The position numbers and the translations under genes were made by a program. Of a stretch of DNA of 64,000 nucleotides, positions 30,987 to 42,387 are shown in pieces. Source of the DNA: Dehalococcoidia bacterium (GTDB taxonomy: Bacteria > Chloroflexota > Dehalococcoidia > DSTF01 > JACRBR01); assembly GCA_021731085.1 (NCBI GenBank), contig JAKFYB010000013.1:88125-152124 (forward strand). Direction: 5' to 3'. The notes beneath the pieces were generated by a model. That model made no database searches. It was not told where the DNA came from and was given only the letters and a program-made list of their open reading frames with translations. Every line of letters begins with the position of its first letter. The first letter of the stretch is position 1.

Positions 30987-31015
30987 GCGGGGGAGGTCGA
31001 GTTGACCTCCCCCGC
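30987..31015. terminator. hairpin between convergent genes (putative bidirectional terminator)
   Basis: GCGGGGGAGGTC-GAGTT-GACCTCCCCCGC, perfect 12-bp stem. Confidence 0.7.
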
Positions 31016-31057
31016 GCCTGCTTCGAAGTTGGTCGGTGATCCTCTTAGGCGAAATGC

Positions 31058-31303
31058 CTACTCCGCCCGGTCGATGCGGTCCACGACGCCCAGCACCGAC
31101 GTGATCAGCACGCGGTCGCCTGCTGCTGGCGCGTCGTACACCATGTCCGCTGACAGCCGCGCCTCTCGCGTTCGGTCGTCATCGCCGTCGAGACGGTAGA
31201 GCACGGCCCAGTACGGCGTGCCGTGAAGCTCGAACGCGCGCAAGTCAACGATCGCGCCGGGGAAGGGCTTCGGACGCTCGCCGCCGCGCACCCATTTCGT
31301 CAC
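31058..31303 (-). CDS. small hypothetical protein
   Basis: GTG 31303 overlaps the upstream stop (GTGA); 81 aa. Confidence 0.6.
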   Translation of the reverse strand: MTKWVRGGERPKPFPGAIVDLRAFELHGTPYWAVLYRLDGDDDRTREARLSADMVYDAPAAGDRVLITSVLGVVDRIDRAE

Positions 31304-31713
31304 GACTGGGCTGGCTGGAAGCGGATGAGGGTTGTGTCGTCGGCGACGTCGTCGTAGTAGGCGACGAGAGGCATGTCGACCTTGAGGTCCTCGTTCGCGA
31401 CGGCGACGATGTTCGAGACGATGCGCGGGCCTTCTTCGAGCTCGACGACGGCGTAGTTGTACGGAACGTCGTCGGCGAAGCCGGGGAACTTCTGGTGCAT
31501 GATGCCGAACGAGTACAGCGTCCCGCGCCCGCTGGCCTTCGCCCACTCGGATTCGGTCGAGAGGCAGTCCGGGCAGCGCGGCCGCGACGGCAATCTCCAC
31601 GCGAGGCACGAAAGGCAGCGCATCAGCATCAACTCGTGACGGCGCGTGCCTTCGTAGAACTCGCGCGACTCCTCGTCGGCCTGGGGCAGGGGTTTGGTGT
31701 AGGTTTCGCTCAT
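31300..31713 (-). CDS. Zn-ribbon/OB-fold protein (DUF35/ChsH2-like)
   Basis: CxxC...CxxC, SGRGTLYSF, VELEEGPR. Confidence 0.88.
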   Translation of the reverse strand: MSETYTKPLPQADEESREFYEGTRRHELMLMRCLSCLAWRLPSRPRCPDCLSTESEWAKASGRGTLYSFGIMHQKFPGFADDVPYNYAVVELEEGPRIVSNIVAVANEDLKVDMPLVAYYDDVADDTTLIRFQPAQS

Positions 31714-31794
31714 CAGGCCATCCAGCGGTGAGTTGTTGAACCCGCGCATTGTAAACGACGGCACAACGCACTCGAGGCTGGAGTGGCTGTCGGA

Positions 31795-31965
31795 TTACTT
31801 GCCTTTCGCGTGGCCCTTTTCGTTGTGGTGCTTATTGACCGTCGCCGCGGCGATGGCCTTTGCTCGCTTGGTTGAGCGGCCCTGTTCAAGCTCGCTCTCC
31901 TTAACGCGCTCGTACATGCGCTGTTCCTTGTCGCTGACGCTGGGAAGATGCTGTTTCTTTGGCAT
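31795..31965 (-). CDS. small basic conserved protein
   Basis: CAGGAGG RBS; YERVKESE..GRS..RAKAIAAATVNK. Confidence 0.7.
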   Translation of the reverse strand: MPKKQHLPSVSDKEQRMYERVKESELEQGRSTKRAKAIAAATVNKHHNEKGHAKGK

Positions 31966-32088
31966 GATGGTCGCCTCCTGATCCCACGTTAGAGCCAACT
32001 GGCTGAACAAGGCATAGACGAACGGCGTTGACGCTTGCGGTTTCATCACACGGGCCCGATCGGTGCGGGCCCACCTTGACGCCGTACA

Positions 32089-32958
32089 ATGGCCGCGATG
32101 GGCTACGCCGACCTCCACATTCACACGCGGTACGGCGACGGAATGGCCACGGTTCCGGAGTTGCTGGCGCACGTCGAGCGCGAAACCGTGCTGGATGTAC
32201 TCGCCGTTACTGAGCACGACACACTGCGCGCGGCGGAAGACGCGCGCGAGCTTCATGCCCGAGGCGCGTTTCGCTTCGAGGTTGTCGGCGGGATGGAAGT
32301 CACCACGCTGGACGGGCATCTGCTGGCGCTGTTTGTGGATGAGCCGATCGCGAGCTTCCAGCGGATGGAGCCGACGCTTGAGGCGATCCACCGTCAGGGT
32401 GGACTCGCAATCGCGCCGCATCCGTTGTCGTGGCTGACACGCAGCGTGAAGGCGCCGGTATTCGAGCGCGTCGCGGCCTACGGCGGCACTGACGGCGTGT
32501 ACTTCGATGCGATCGAGGAGTACAACATGAGTCCGGCCGGGCGGGCGACATCCGAGAAAGCGCGTCGGCTTAACCGCGACCGGTTGCATCTGGCGGCGGT
32601 CGGGTGCAGCGACGCGCACTTTCTGCAGGCGGTCGGCAGTGGGCGCACGGTTTTCGAGGGGACGACCGCGGCTGAACTGCGTACGGCGATCGAGGAGAAG
32701 ACGAGCGTGGGCGAAGCGTTGCGCGCGCCCACGATGTCGGAGCTGGGGTACGGCAACGTTGCGCTGCAGTCGTGGCGCGGGCTGATGGCGACGCCGCGCA
32801 ACATGGGATGGGGCGCGACGATTCGGAGCTTTGTTATAAGTCACCGGCGTGGGCCTGACGTGAAATCAGGCGTCGGCGCTGGCACTTCGCCTCACCCCCC
32901 GGCCCCCTCTCCGCGTCGTGGAGAGGGGGAGCACTCAGCCGGGGATGGTGGGCTATGA
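32089..32958 (+). CDS. PHP domain protein
   Basis: DLHIHT, VTEHD, APHP, SDAH. Confidence 0.88.
   Translation: MAAMGYADLHIHTRYGDGMATVPELLAHVERETVLDVLAVTEHDTLRAAEDARELHARGAFRFEVVGGMEVTTLDGHLLALFVDEPIASFQRMEPTLEAIHRQGGLAIAPHPLSWLTRSVKAPVFERVAAYGGTDGVYFDAIEEYNMSPAGRATSEKARRLNRDRLHLAAVGCSDAHFLQAVGSGRTVFEGTTAAELRTAIEEKTSVGEALRAPTMSELGYGNVALQSWRGLMATPRNMGWGATIRSFVISHRRGPDVKSGVGAGTSPHPPAPSPRRGEGEHSAGDGGL
32890..32931. repeat. CCTCACCCCC..CCCCCTCTCC..GGAGAGGGGG palindromic repeat inside the PHP gene 3' end
   Basis: 10-bp perfect stem; translates as PHPPAPSPRRGEGE. Confidence 0.65.
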
Positions 32959-34079
32959 AAATCGCGATTGTTTCGCCGTATGACTGGGCGGCTACGGGCG
33001 GTGTGAACAACCACATCTCGCATCTGGCGGAGCAGTTTGTCGAGATGGGGCACGCGCCCCACATCATCGCGCCGGGTGTGGGGAAGATGGCGAACACGCC
33101 GTGCCCGGTGACGGTCATCGGGCGTCCGATTCCGCTGCGAGTCAGCGGATCTGTCGCGCGCATCACGTTGTCGCTGCGGACGGCGGGCAAGGTGCAGGAA
33201 GTCTTGGAGGAGGGCTTCGACATCGTGCACGTGCACGAGCCCTTCATGCCGCAGCTGCCGATCCAGTTCTTGCGGTACTCGACGGCGGTGAACGTCGGGA
33301 CGTGGCACGCCGCGCGCGAGTCCAACTTCTTCTATCTCTACGGACGGCGGCTGATCAAGCGCTGGCAGACGAAGCTCGATGGCAAGATCGCCGTGTCGAA
33401 TGCGGCCGTGAAGCACATCGAGCAGTACTTTCCCGGGTACTACAACATCATCCCGAACGGCGTCGACGTCGAGCACTTCACGCAAGAGGCGGAGCCGCTG
33501 CCGGAGTTTATGGACGGCAAGAAGAATGTGCTGTTCGTCGGACGGCCGGAGAAGCGGAAGGGATTGAAGTACCTGATACGGGCGTTCGTCGGCGTGCAGC
33601 GTGCGATTCCCGATAGCAGGCTGATCGTCGTCGGCGCCGGGAAGTTCGACCGGTACGAGGCGGCGGTGCGGAAGGCGAAGCTGCACGATGTGGTGTTCCG
33701 CAGTTTCGTCCCGTTCAACGAACTGCCGCGATACCACAAGAGCGCGCACGTCTTCTGCGCGCCCAACACCGGGTTCGAGAGCCAGGGCATCGTGCTGCTG
33801 GAGGCAATGGCGGCGGGGCTACCGATTGTTGCGTCGAACATCGACGGGTTTGCGGGCGTGCTGACCCACGGCGTCGAAGGGCTGTTGGTCAAGCCGGAGG
33901 ACCCGCCAGCACTGGCGGAGGCGCTGATCGATTTACTGCGTGACCCTGTGAAGTCTGCGCGCATGGTGGTGCGGGGCGCGGATCGCGTCGAGCATTTCCG
34001 CTGGGATCGCGTATCGCAGCAGGTGTTGTCGTACTACGAGCGGTTGATTTACGAACGACGGTTGGTGGAGAAGGGCTGA
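32955..34079 (+). CDS. glycosyltransferase family 4 (PimA-like)
   Basis: SPYDW..GGV, HVHEP, ESQGIVLLEAMAAG. Confidence 0.88.
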   Translation: MKIAIVSPYDWAATGGVNNHISHLAEQFVEMGHAPHIIAPGVGKMANTPCPVTVIGRPIPLRVSGSVARITLSLRTAGKVQEVLEEGFDIVHVHEPFMPQLPIQFLRYSTAVNVGTWHAARESNFFYLYGRRLIKRWQTKLDGKIAVSNAAVKHIEQYFPGYYNIIPNGVDVEHFTQEAEPLPEFMDGKKNVLFVGRPEKRKGLKYLIRAFVGVQRAIPDSRLIVVGAGKFDRYEAAVRKAKLHDVVFRSFVPFNELPRYHKSAHVFCAPNTGFESQGIVLLEAMAAGLPIVASNIDGFAGVLTHGVEGLLVKPEDPPALAEALIDLLRDPVKSARMVVRGADRVEHFRWDRVSQQVLSYYERLIYERRLVEKG

Positions 34080-34145
34080 GCGCCGGATCGTCGTAGCCAC
34101 GCGGCGGAACAGTCTCAAGACCTGTCTCTACGACGGCCCAACACG

Positions 34146-35108
<963 letters not shown>

Positions 35109-35205
35109 CGGTCACAGACTAGCGCGTAGGCGGGCTGAGCCATAGGGGAATTGCCGTATGCCTGTGCATCGATGCGTCGGCCACATCGCGCGCCAGCGGC
35201 GACCG

Positions 35206-35228
35206 CGCAGGCTGAAGGCCCGCGCTAC
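35206..35228 (-). repeat. GTAG-type REP-like palindrome
   Basis: Minus strand GTAG-CGCGGGC-CTTCA-GCCTGCG. Confidence 0.7.
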
Positions 35229-35295
35229 GGTGAGGTTCGAGGCGGCTCCACGATCTCGCTACGTTCAACGCGACACGCTCCTGTAGTCTACGAGC

Positions 35296-36483
35296 GTGGC
35301 GAGTGAACCATCGACCCCCGACTATCGGCTGCTGCATGCGGCTGCGTTCGCTTCAATCTTCTGTCTTGGAATCTCGGCTGCGGCCATCGGGCCGGTGCTG
35401 CCGTTTTTAGCCGAGGATGTTGGCGTATCGCTGGACACCGCCGGACTGCTCCTGACGGCGTTCTTCATCGGTTCGATCAGCACGTCGGCGCTGGTGGCCG
35501 TACGCCTCCACGGGTTCGACACACGGCTGCTGTGCCTGGCAGGACTGGTCTTCCAGGCCATCGGCACGACGATGCTGGCGGTAGCCCCCACCTTCGAGGT
35601 GGTGCTGGCGGCGGGCGTCGTGATCGGAATCGGCGATGGCCTGGTCGTGGCTGCGACGCACATCCTGCTGCAGATGACGTCGGATGACATTCCCAAGGGT
35701 CTGAACTGGCTGAACATCTACTTTGCCATCGGGGCTGTGATTGGTCCGTTGTGGGCGGGCGCGATGCTCGCTCTAACGGAAGATCGCGTCACGGTGTACG
35801 CAGGCATCGTCGTTGCGATTGTCGCCGCCATCGCCTTGACTGCGATCGCTGATGTCACGGTCCATCGAGCGGTGCCTGCGCCTGACGACGACTTCAAGCT
35901 ACCCGTCACGAGCACGGCTTGGATCATGGGCGGCGTACTGTTTTTGTATGTTGGCGCGGAGTTTGGCCTGGGGGCGTGGGTTTCCACGTTCGCGCGCGAG
36001 ACGGCGGACGCGGGGGTGTTTGGGTCGGCCGTGATCGCGTCCGGCTACTGGGCCGCGCTCGCTGTTGGTCGATTCGCGACGGCCTGGTATTTCAATAGAC
36101 AAGGTGATGCCGTCCGCCTGCTGCTGATCTCGTGCGCGGGCGCTGGCATCTCGTCGACGATCCTCGCGTTGTCTTCCGGGAACGTCGGACTTGCGGCGGC
36201 GGCGGCGCTTGCGTCCGGGTTCTTTCTCGGACCGGTGTGGCCGGCAGTCACCGCGATCGCCGCAGAAGGCGCTGACTCCGGCGCGATGGCGACGACGGTG
36301 ACGCTCGGGAACGCGGGTGGTGTGGCGCTGCCATGGCTTCAGGGGAAACTGCTTGTCGGATCAGGCGGAGCGCAGGGCGTCGGTATGACGGCGGTGCTAT
36401 GTGGAATGATGTTCGCCGTCATGCTCGGATTCCGCGGACGGCGGCGCGTCGTGAGCGATGCCGAGCGGCAGATCAGGATCTGA
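35296..36483 (+). CDS. MFS transporter (FucP/TsgA-like)
   Basis: About 12 TM segments; FLYVGAE motif. Confidence 0.85.
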   Translation: MASEPSTPDYRLLHAAAFASIFCLGISAAAIGPVLPFLAEDVGVSLDTAGLLLTAFFIGSISTSALVAVRLHGFDTRLLCLAGLVFQAIGTTMLAVAPTFEVVLAAGVVIGIGDGLVVAATHILLQMTSDDIPKGLNWLNIYFAIGAVIGPLWAGAMLALTEDRVTVYAGIVVAIVAAIALTAIADVTVHRAVPAPDDDFKLPVTSTAWIMGGVLFLYVGAEFGLGAWVSTFARETADAGVFGSAVIASGYWAALAVGRFATAWYFNRQGDAVRLLLISCAGAGISSTILALSSGNVGLAAAAALASGFFLGPVWPAVTAIAAEGADSGAMATTVTLGNAGGVALPWLQGKLLVGSGGAQGVGMTAVLCGMMFAVMLGFRGRRRVVSDAERQIRI

Positions 36484-37959
36484 GACGGCCGCGTCGGACT
36501 CGGCCCAGTACGTAGAGAGCACGTCGAGACGGCGGGTGGGCGCCTGACCACCGAACTTCACGGACAGCCAGACGAGGAGTATCGCGGCCACGAGCAGCAC
36601 GAACGGCGCCGCGATGAGTACTGCGCGCACGCCGAAGATCGTGGCGGCGGCACCGAGCGTGAGCAGCGGCACGATGGCGACGGCGTTCTTGAGGACGCTC
36701 TGTAGCGCGAAGGCACGACCCTGGTATGTCAGCGGTACACGGCGGTTCAGGTACGTCTGGACGGCGACGGCGGTGAGCGCGAGCCCGAAGCCAAGGCCAA
36801 CGGCAAGCAGCCCAGCAGTGCGCAGTTCAGGCGACAGTTCGATACCGACGATGCTCAGCAGACGCAGCGGGTTGAGTGAATCGACAACTTCGGCGATCTG
36901 TTCGACGAAGCCGAGCCCGAACAGAACGAACGTCACAATCACGAACCCGGTGAGCGCGACGACGCGCTCACCCCACACACGGACGGCCTCCGGGGCGGCC
37001 GCCATCGCGACGAGCAGGCCAATGGTGGACGGCGCGAAGACGTACACCGCGTCGGCGGCATCGACGTTGAGGACGCTCTGTACGTAGCGCGGCGCGAGGG
37101 TCAGGACGACGATGCTTGCGGTGCCTGCGAGCACGGCGACGAACATCATCGTCGCGACGGCGCGCTCGTGCCCGAGCCAGCGGGTGGTCTGGCGGACGTT
37201 CGCCTGAGGGCGCTTGCTGAAGTCGAACTTTCGGTCCGGTTCGCCGGTCGGAAGATCGAAGGCCCGGCTGGCAGCGAGAATGAGCATGATGCCACCGGCG
37301 ACGAATACGGCTTCCACCCCGTAGGCTTTCACGAGGATCGGGGCGAGGATGGCCGTACCAAACGCTGTGCCGAAGTTCGAGGCCAGTCCAACGAGCGATG
37401 CCGCCGTCGCTAATTGTTCTTTCGATGTCACGAGTGGAAGCACGGCTGACTCGCTCGGGCCGGAAACTTGACCGAGGAGATTGACGGTGAAGATGAGGAA
37501 GAGGACGGCGCTGAGGTCGGTGCCGAACGCGATCGGCACGACGAAGCAGAGGCCTGCCTGCAGTGCGTAGAACAATGCAAGCGCGACACGCTTCGGCAGT
37601 TGGTCGGCAATTACGCCGCCGTAGAGCCCGAAGAGCGCGGGAGGCAGGATCGCCGCGCAGCCGATGAGCGCCGACTCGAACGCGGTGCCACCGTCGCGGA
37701 CAACGGCGATGATCGCGCCGTATGTGAGGGCCTGCTGGCCAGCGTCGGAGAAAAACCGTGAGGCGAGCACCTGCTCGACGCGCGGGTCGCGGACGATGGA
37801 TGTGTCGGGCAGGAATATCCAGAGGAAGCGAAAGACGCGCCGCTGGCCGTGGTCGAGGATGCTGTCGGCCCGGAGAATGGCGCCGCGCATCGCGCCGCGA
37901 GCGGTCGGACGTTCGCCTGGGGCCGGCTCTGGTACGGGTCGGCGCTCATCGTGCGGCAT
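36397..37959 (-). CDS. MFS transporter
   Basis: About 12 TM segments; GVIADQLPKR motif A; overlaps the convergent MFS gene by 87 bp. Confidence 0.85.
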   Translation of the reverse strand: MPHDERRPVPEPAPGERPTARGAMRGAILRADSILDHGQRRVFRFLWIFLPDTSIVRDPRVEQVLASRFFSDAGQQALTYGAIIAVVRDGGTAFESALIGCAAILPPALFGLYGGVIADQLPKRVALALFYALQAGLCFVVPIAFGTDLSAVLFLIFTVNLLGQVSGPSESAVLPLVTSKEQLATAASLVGLASNFGTAFGTAILAPILVKAYGVEAVFVAGGIMLILAASRAFDLPTGEPDRKFDFSKRPQANVRQTTRWLGHERAVATMMFVAVLAGTASIVVLTLAPRYVQSVLNVDAADAVYVFAPSTIGLLVAMAAAPEAVRVWGERVVALTGFVIVTFVLFGLGFVEQIAEVVDSLNPLRLLSIVGIELSPELRTAGLLAVGLGFGLALTAVAVQTYLNRRVPLTYQGRAFALQSVLKNAVAIVPLLTLGAAATIFGVRAVLIAAPFVLLVAAILLVWLSVKFGGQAPTRRLDVLSTYWAESDAAVSDPDLPLGIAHDAPPSAESEHDGEHHST

Positions 37960-38211
37960 GGCGCGATTGTAGCCAAGATGTGGATGGCTCCACGTTGACA
38001 CGCGCTTCGACTGAGGATTTCGCAACGTCAGCGCTCGCAGGCAACAGAAGCTGCAATTCTCGCTTGAGCCAGCGATGGCCGTGGCGGATGATTCAAACGC
38101 GCGTCGCTCCGAGCGTCACGCTCCTTGACCTGACCGCCGGTAGCAAGCGACAGGCATCAACCGAAGCCAGCGGACAGGTCTGAAGACCTGCCCATGCGGA
38201 AGGAAGACCAC

Positions 38212-39159
38212 ATGGCTGACATCACGCATCGCACAATCAAGACCAACGGGATCAACCTGCACATCGCGGAGGCGGGTACGGGGCCGCTGGTGCTGATGAT
38301 CCACGGGTGGCCGGAGTCCTGGTACTCGTGGCGACACCAGTTGGTCGCGCTGGCGGACGCGGGGTATCACGCCGTCGCGCCGGATGTGCGCGGATACGGA
38401 CAGAGCGACTGCCCACCTAATATCGAAGACTACAGCCTGAAGAACATGCTGCCCGACTTCACGGGCATCCTCGACGACATCGGCGAGCAAACGGCCGTTG
38501 TCGTCGGACACGACTGGGGCTCGGCGCTGGCGTGGAACAGCGCGGCCCTGTATCCGGAGCGGTACCGCGCCGTCGTCGGGATGAGCGTGCCGCATCTTGG
38601 GCGCGGGCCGATGGCGCCGACGACGCTGTTTAAGACGGTCTTTGGGGACAACTGGTTCTACATCATGTACTTCCAGGAGCCTGGCGTGGCCGAGGCGGAG
38701 TTCGAGGCGGATCTGCGGACGACGATGCGGACCATTCTCGCGGGGGTGGCAGGGTTCGACACGCAGGCGGCGCAGGTGCAAGCAAAGAAGAAGGGCGACA
38801 AGTTTCTCACAGGCATCTCGCAACCGGAGACGCTTCCTGCGTGGCTTACGGAGGCCGACATCGACTACTTCGTGTCACAGTTCGAGAAGACGGGCTTTCG
38901 CGGTGGGCTCAACCGCTATCGGAACATGGACCGAGACTGGGAACAACTGCCTGAGCTGGGTGAGAAGAAGATCGAGCAGCCGGCGATGTTCCTCACGGGC
39001 GACAAGGATCCCGTAAAGGGGTTCGCGCCAGCCGACGGCATGAAGACGACGGTGCCCGGACTGCGGGACACGGTGGAAGTGCCGGGCGGACACTGGATTC
39101 AGCAGGAGCAACCGGAGCTGGTTAACGCGGCGCTCTTGAAGTTCTTGAAGGGTTTGTAG
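38212..39159 (+). CDS. alpha/beta-fold epoxide hydrolase
   Basis: HGWPE, GHDWG, YRNMD, GHWIQQE. Confidence 0.9.
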   Translation: MADITHRTIKTNGINLHIAEAGTGPLVLMIHGWPESWYSWRHQLVALADAGYHAVAPDVRGYGQSDCPPNIEDYSLKNMLPDFTGILDDIGEQTAVVVGHDWGSALAWNSAALYPERYRAVVGMSVPHLGRGPMAPTTLFKTVFGDNWFYIMYFQEPGVAEAEFEADLRTTMRTILAGVAGFDTQAAQVQAKKKGDKFLTGISQPETLPAWLTEADIDYFVSQFEKTGFRGGLNRYRNMDRDWEQLPELGEKKIEQPAMFLTGDKDPVKGFAPADGMKTTVPGLRDTVEVPGGHWIQQEQPELVNAALLKFLKGL

Positions 39160-39212
39160 GACGACAAGGAGGCGCCGTTGCACGATGCAGCGGGCTCAAC
39201 GATGACGACTGT

Positions 39213-39236
39213 GCGGAGCTAAAGCTCCGCCGCTAC
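39213..39236 (-). repeat. GTAG-type REP-like palindrome
   Basis: Minus strand GTAG-CG-GCGGAGC-TTTA-GCTCCGC. Confidence 0.65.
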
Positions 39237-39248
39237 TGGAGGAGTCGG

Positions 39249-40205
39249 ATGGCAGAGATCACACACCGGACGATCAGGACGAACGGGATCAATGTGCACA
39301 TCGCGGAGGCGGGGACGGGGCCACTGGTGCTGATGATCCATGGGTGGCCGGAGTCGTGGTACTCATGGCGGCACCAGATCGCGGCCCTTGCGGACGCCGG
39401 GTATCACGCAGTCGCGCCGGACGTGCGTGGCTACGGCGACAGCGACAAGCCCGACGCGATTGAGGCGTACCGGATGACGGAGATGGTCGCCGACTACGCC
39501 GGAATCGTCGAGGCGCTCGGCGAAGAAACGGCCGTCGTGATGGGTCACGACTGGGGCGCGCCGATGGCGTATCACAGCGCGCTGCTGCGGCCGGACCGTT
39601 TTCGCGCTGTTGTCGGGATGAGCGTGCCTTACACGGGTAGGTCGGGCGCGCCGCCGCTCGAGACGTTCGCGACGCTGTTCAAGGACACGTTCTTCTACAT
39701 TGACTACTTCCAGCAGGTCGGTGTCGCCGAGAAGGAGTTGGAGGCTGATCCGCGGCGTAGTCTCAAGTTGATCCTGTACTCCGCATCGGGCGATGCGCCG
39801 CCCGCGCCGGGGTTCGCTGGCAAGCCCAAGGGTGCGGGGCTGCTCGACGGGATGAACGAACCGGAGACCTTGCCCGGCTGGCTGACCGAGGCTGACGTCG
39901 ACTACTACGGCGGCGAGTTCAGGAAGGCCGGATTCCGGGGTGGGATCAACCGCTATCGCAACATGGACCGCGACTGGCACGAACTCGCACACCTCGAAGG
40001 CGCGCACATCAAGCAGCCGTGCATGTTCGTGGGCGGCGAGAAAGATGGCGTCATCGCCTTGAACCCGACTGGCATACCAACGATGCAGTCGCTCTGCGAC
40101 GACTGGCGGGGTTCGACGCTCATTCCGGGCGCGGGCCACTGGAATCAGCAAGAGCGCGCGGCGGAGACGAACGCGCCGGTGATCGAGTTCCTGAAAGGAC
40201 TGTAG
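39249..40205 (+). CDS. alpha/beta-fold epoxide hydrolase (tandem paralog)
   Basis: HGWPE, GHDWG, GHWNQQE. Confidence 0.9.
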   Translation: MAEITHRTIRTNGINVHIAEAGTGPLVLMIHGWPESWYSWRHQIAALADAGYHAVAPDVRGYGDSDKPDAIEAYRMTEMVADYAGIVEALGEETAVVMGHDWGAPMAYHSALLRPDRFRAVVGMSVPYTGRSGAPPLETFATLFKDTFFYIDYFQQVGVAEKELEADPRRSLKLILYSASGDAPPAPGFAGKPKGAGLLDGMNEPETLPGWLTEADVDYYGGEFRKAGFRGGINRYRNMDRDWHELAHLEGAHIKQPCMFVGGEKDGVIALNPTGIPTMQSLCDDWRGSTLIPGAGHWNQQERAAETNAPVIEFLKGL

Positions 40206-40208
40206 GAC

Positions 40209-41132
40209 ATGAAAATCGGACTGATGCATGGCGACGCTGGAAGCTTCACCATCCAGGAGCAGATCCAGCAGATCGTCGACGAGGAGAAGGATGGGTTCGA
40301 GACGGCGTGGTGGGGTCAGATCTTCGGCGGAGACTCGATGACGGTGATCGCGCTGGCGGGACAGCGGACATCGAAGATCGAGTTGGGGACGAGCGTGATC
40401 CCGACGTACCCGCGGCATCCGTTCGTGATGGCGCAGCAGGCGATGACAGTGCAGGCCGCGTGTAACGGGCGGTTCACGCTTGGCATCGGCCCATCGCACC
40501 AGCCCGTCGTCGAAACAATGTGGGGCATGTCGTACGAAAAGCCGGCGCGCCACATCCGCGAGTACTTGGCGGTTCTTCTACCGCTGCTGCGTGAGGGCCG
40601 CGTGCAGTTTTCAGGCGAGGTGTACAAGACCATGGGTGGTATCGCGGTCGCGGGCGCGACGCCGATGCCCGTACTCATCTCGGCCCTGGCGCCGGTGATG
40701 CTCAAGCTCGCCGGGACGGTGGCCGACGGCACGATCACATGGATGACAGGCCCGAAGACGATCGAAACGCACGTCGTACCGTCGATCACCAAGGCGGCGA
40801 GCGAAGCAGGACGGCCGGCGCCACGCGTTGTCGTCGGGTTGCCGATCTGCGTCACGGACGACGCCGCAGCAGCGAAGGAAGCCGCTGGCAAGTACTTCGC
40901 GATGTACGGCGGGCTGACGAATTACCGCCGCATGCTCGACAAGGAAGGCGCGGCCGGACCCGCGGACGTCGCCGTCGTCGGGAACGAGGCCGCGGTTGAG
41001 CAGCAGATCCGCGACCTTGCGAGCGTGGGTGCTACGGACATGATCGCGCCGATCTTTCCGATCGGCGACGATCCCGCGGCATCGATCGCGCGCACGCGGG
41101 CGCTGCTGAAGAGCCTGATCGGCAAGGTGTAG
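40209..41132 (+). CDS. LLM-class F420-dependent oxidoreductase
   Basis: ELGTSVIPTYPRHP, GRFTLGIGPSH, ADGTITW. Confidence 0.88.
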   Translation: MKIGLMHGDAGSFTIQEQIQQIVDEEKDGFETAWWGQIFGGDSMTVIALAGQRTSKIELGTSVIPTYPRHPFVMAQQAMTVQAACNGRFTLGIGPSHQPVVETMWGMSYEKPARHIREYLAVLLPLLREGRVQFSGEVYKTMGGIAVAGATPMPVLISALAPVMLKLAGTVADGTITWMTGPKTIETHVVPSITKAASEAGRPAPRVVVGLPICVTDDAAAAKEAAGKYFAMYGGLTNYRRMLDKEGAAGPADVAVVGNEAAVEQQIRDLASVGATDMIAPIFPIGDDPAASIARTRALLKSLIGKV

Positions 41133-41144
41133 CCGGAGGACGAC

Positions 41145-42383
41145 ATGACGACGGCGATCACCAATGCAACGCTCATCGACGGTACGGACGCTGACCCGCT
41201 ACCGAACGCGACGGTGCTCGTCGACGGCGAGCGGATTACGGCGGTCGGAGGGAATGTAGCGATCCCGCAGGATGCGGAAGTCATTGACGCTGGTGGCCGA
41301 ACGGTGATGCCGGGGCTTATTGACTGCCATGTGCATCTTTGGGGACGGGTCACGCACCTGCAGGAGCGCCTACTCACGCCGCCGACCCTTAACGCCTTCT
41401 ACGCGATGCGCAATGCGGAACGCACGCTTGATGCGGGCGTGACGACGGTGCGCGATGCGTCCGGCTCGCCTCTTGGACTGAAGATGGCAATCGAGCGGGG
41501 GCTGGTACCGGGGCCGCGGATGCGGATCTCCGTGAGCGCGCTCTCACAAACAGGCGGACACGGCGACCAGATGATGCCATCCGGCGCGAATCCTGGTGGG
41601 ATTGGCGACGGGCGCGGACCGGAATGGCCGGAGACTGTCGTCGATGGCGTAGATCAGGTGCGGCTGGCGGTGCGGAAGCTGCTGCGGGCCGGCGCCGACT
41701 TCATCAAGCTCTGTTCTACGGGCGGTGTGCTGTCGCCGACGGATGAGCCGGGGCACACGCAATTCACGCCGGACGAGATCGCGGTAATGGTGTATGAGGC
41801 GGCGACACACGGCAAGACGTGCATGGCGCACGCGCAAGGCACGCAGGGAATCAAGAACGCCGTGCTCGCCGGCGTCGAGTCGATCGAGCACGGGATCTAC
41901 GTCGACGACGAAGTCCTGGCGGAGATGAAGCGGCGCGGGACGTTCCTCGTGCCCACGCTCGTCGCGCCGGTCTGGGTGCTTCGGCATGCGGAACGGATGC
42001 CTGGGAGTATCTTGCCGCAGTCGGTGCGGAAGACGAAGGAAGTGATGGAAGACCACAAGCGCAACATCGGCGAGGCGATCCGCGCCGGCGTGAAGGTCGC
42101 CATGGGCACAGACAGCGGCGTAGGACATCACGGGTCGAACGCGGAAGAGCTGCAGCTGATGTGCGAAGCCGGCATGACGCCGATGCAGGCGATCGTCGCA
42201 AGCACGAAAACGGCGAGCGAGTGCGTGCACATGGCGAATGATGTTGGGACGCTCGAAGCGGGGAAGTACGCCGACCTGCTCATCGTCGACGGCGACCCGC
42301 TAGATGACATTCGAATTCTGCAGGACAAGGCGCGGCTGGCGCTGATCATGCAGGGCGGCAAGCGTCACAAGGGCAAACTGTAG
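41145..42383 (+). CDS. metal-dependent amidohydrolase
   Basis: PGLIDCHVH, AHAQG, IEHG, GTDSG, GKYADL. Confidence 0.9.
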   Translation: MTTAITNATLIDGTDADPLPNATVLVDGERITAVGGNVAIPQDAEVIDAGGRTVMPGLIDCHVHLWGRVTHLQERLLTPPTLNAFYAMRNAERTLDAGVTTVRDASGSPLGLKMAIERGLVPGPRMRISVSALSQTGGHGDQMMPSGANPGGIGDGRGPEWPETVVDGVDQVRLAVRKLLRAGADFIKLCSTGGVLSPTDEPGHTQFTPDEIAVMVYEAATHGKTCMAHAQGTQGIKNAVLAGVESIEHGIYVDDEVLAEMKRRGTFLVPTLVAPVWVLRHAERMPGSILPQSVRKTKEVMEDHKRNIGEAIRAGVKVAMGTDSGVGHHGSNAEELQLMCEAGMTPMQAIVASTKTASECVHMANDVGTLEAGKYADLLIVDGDPLDDIRILQDKARLALIMQGGKRHKGKL

Positions 42384-42387
42384 GCGC

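Noticed and set aside
36397..36483. 87-bp 3' overlap of the convergent MFS genes as a regulatory system
   Set aside because: Short tail overlaps are common in high-GC genomes, and there is no further support
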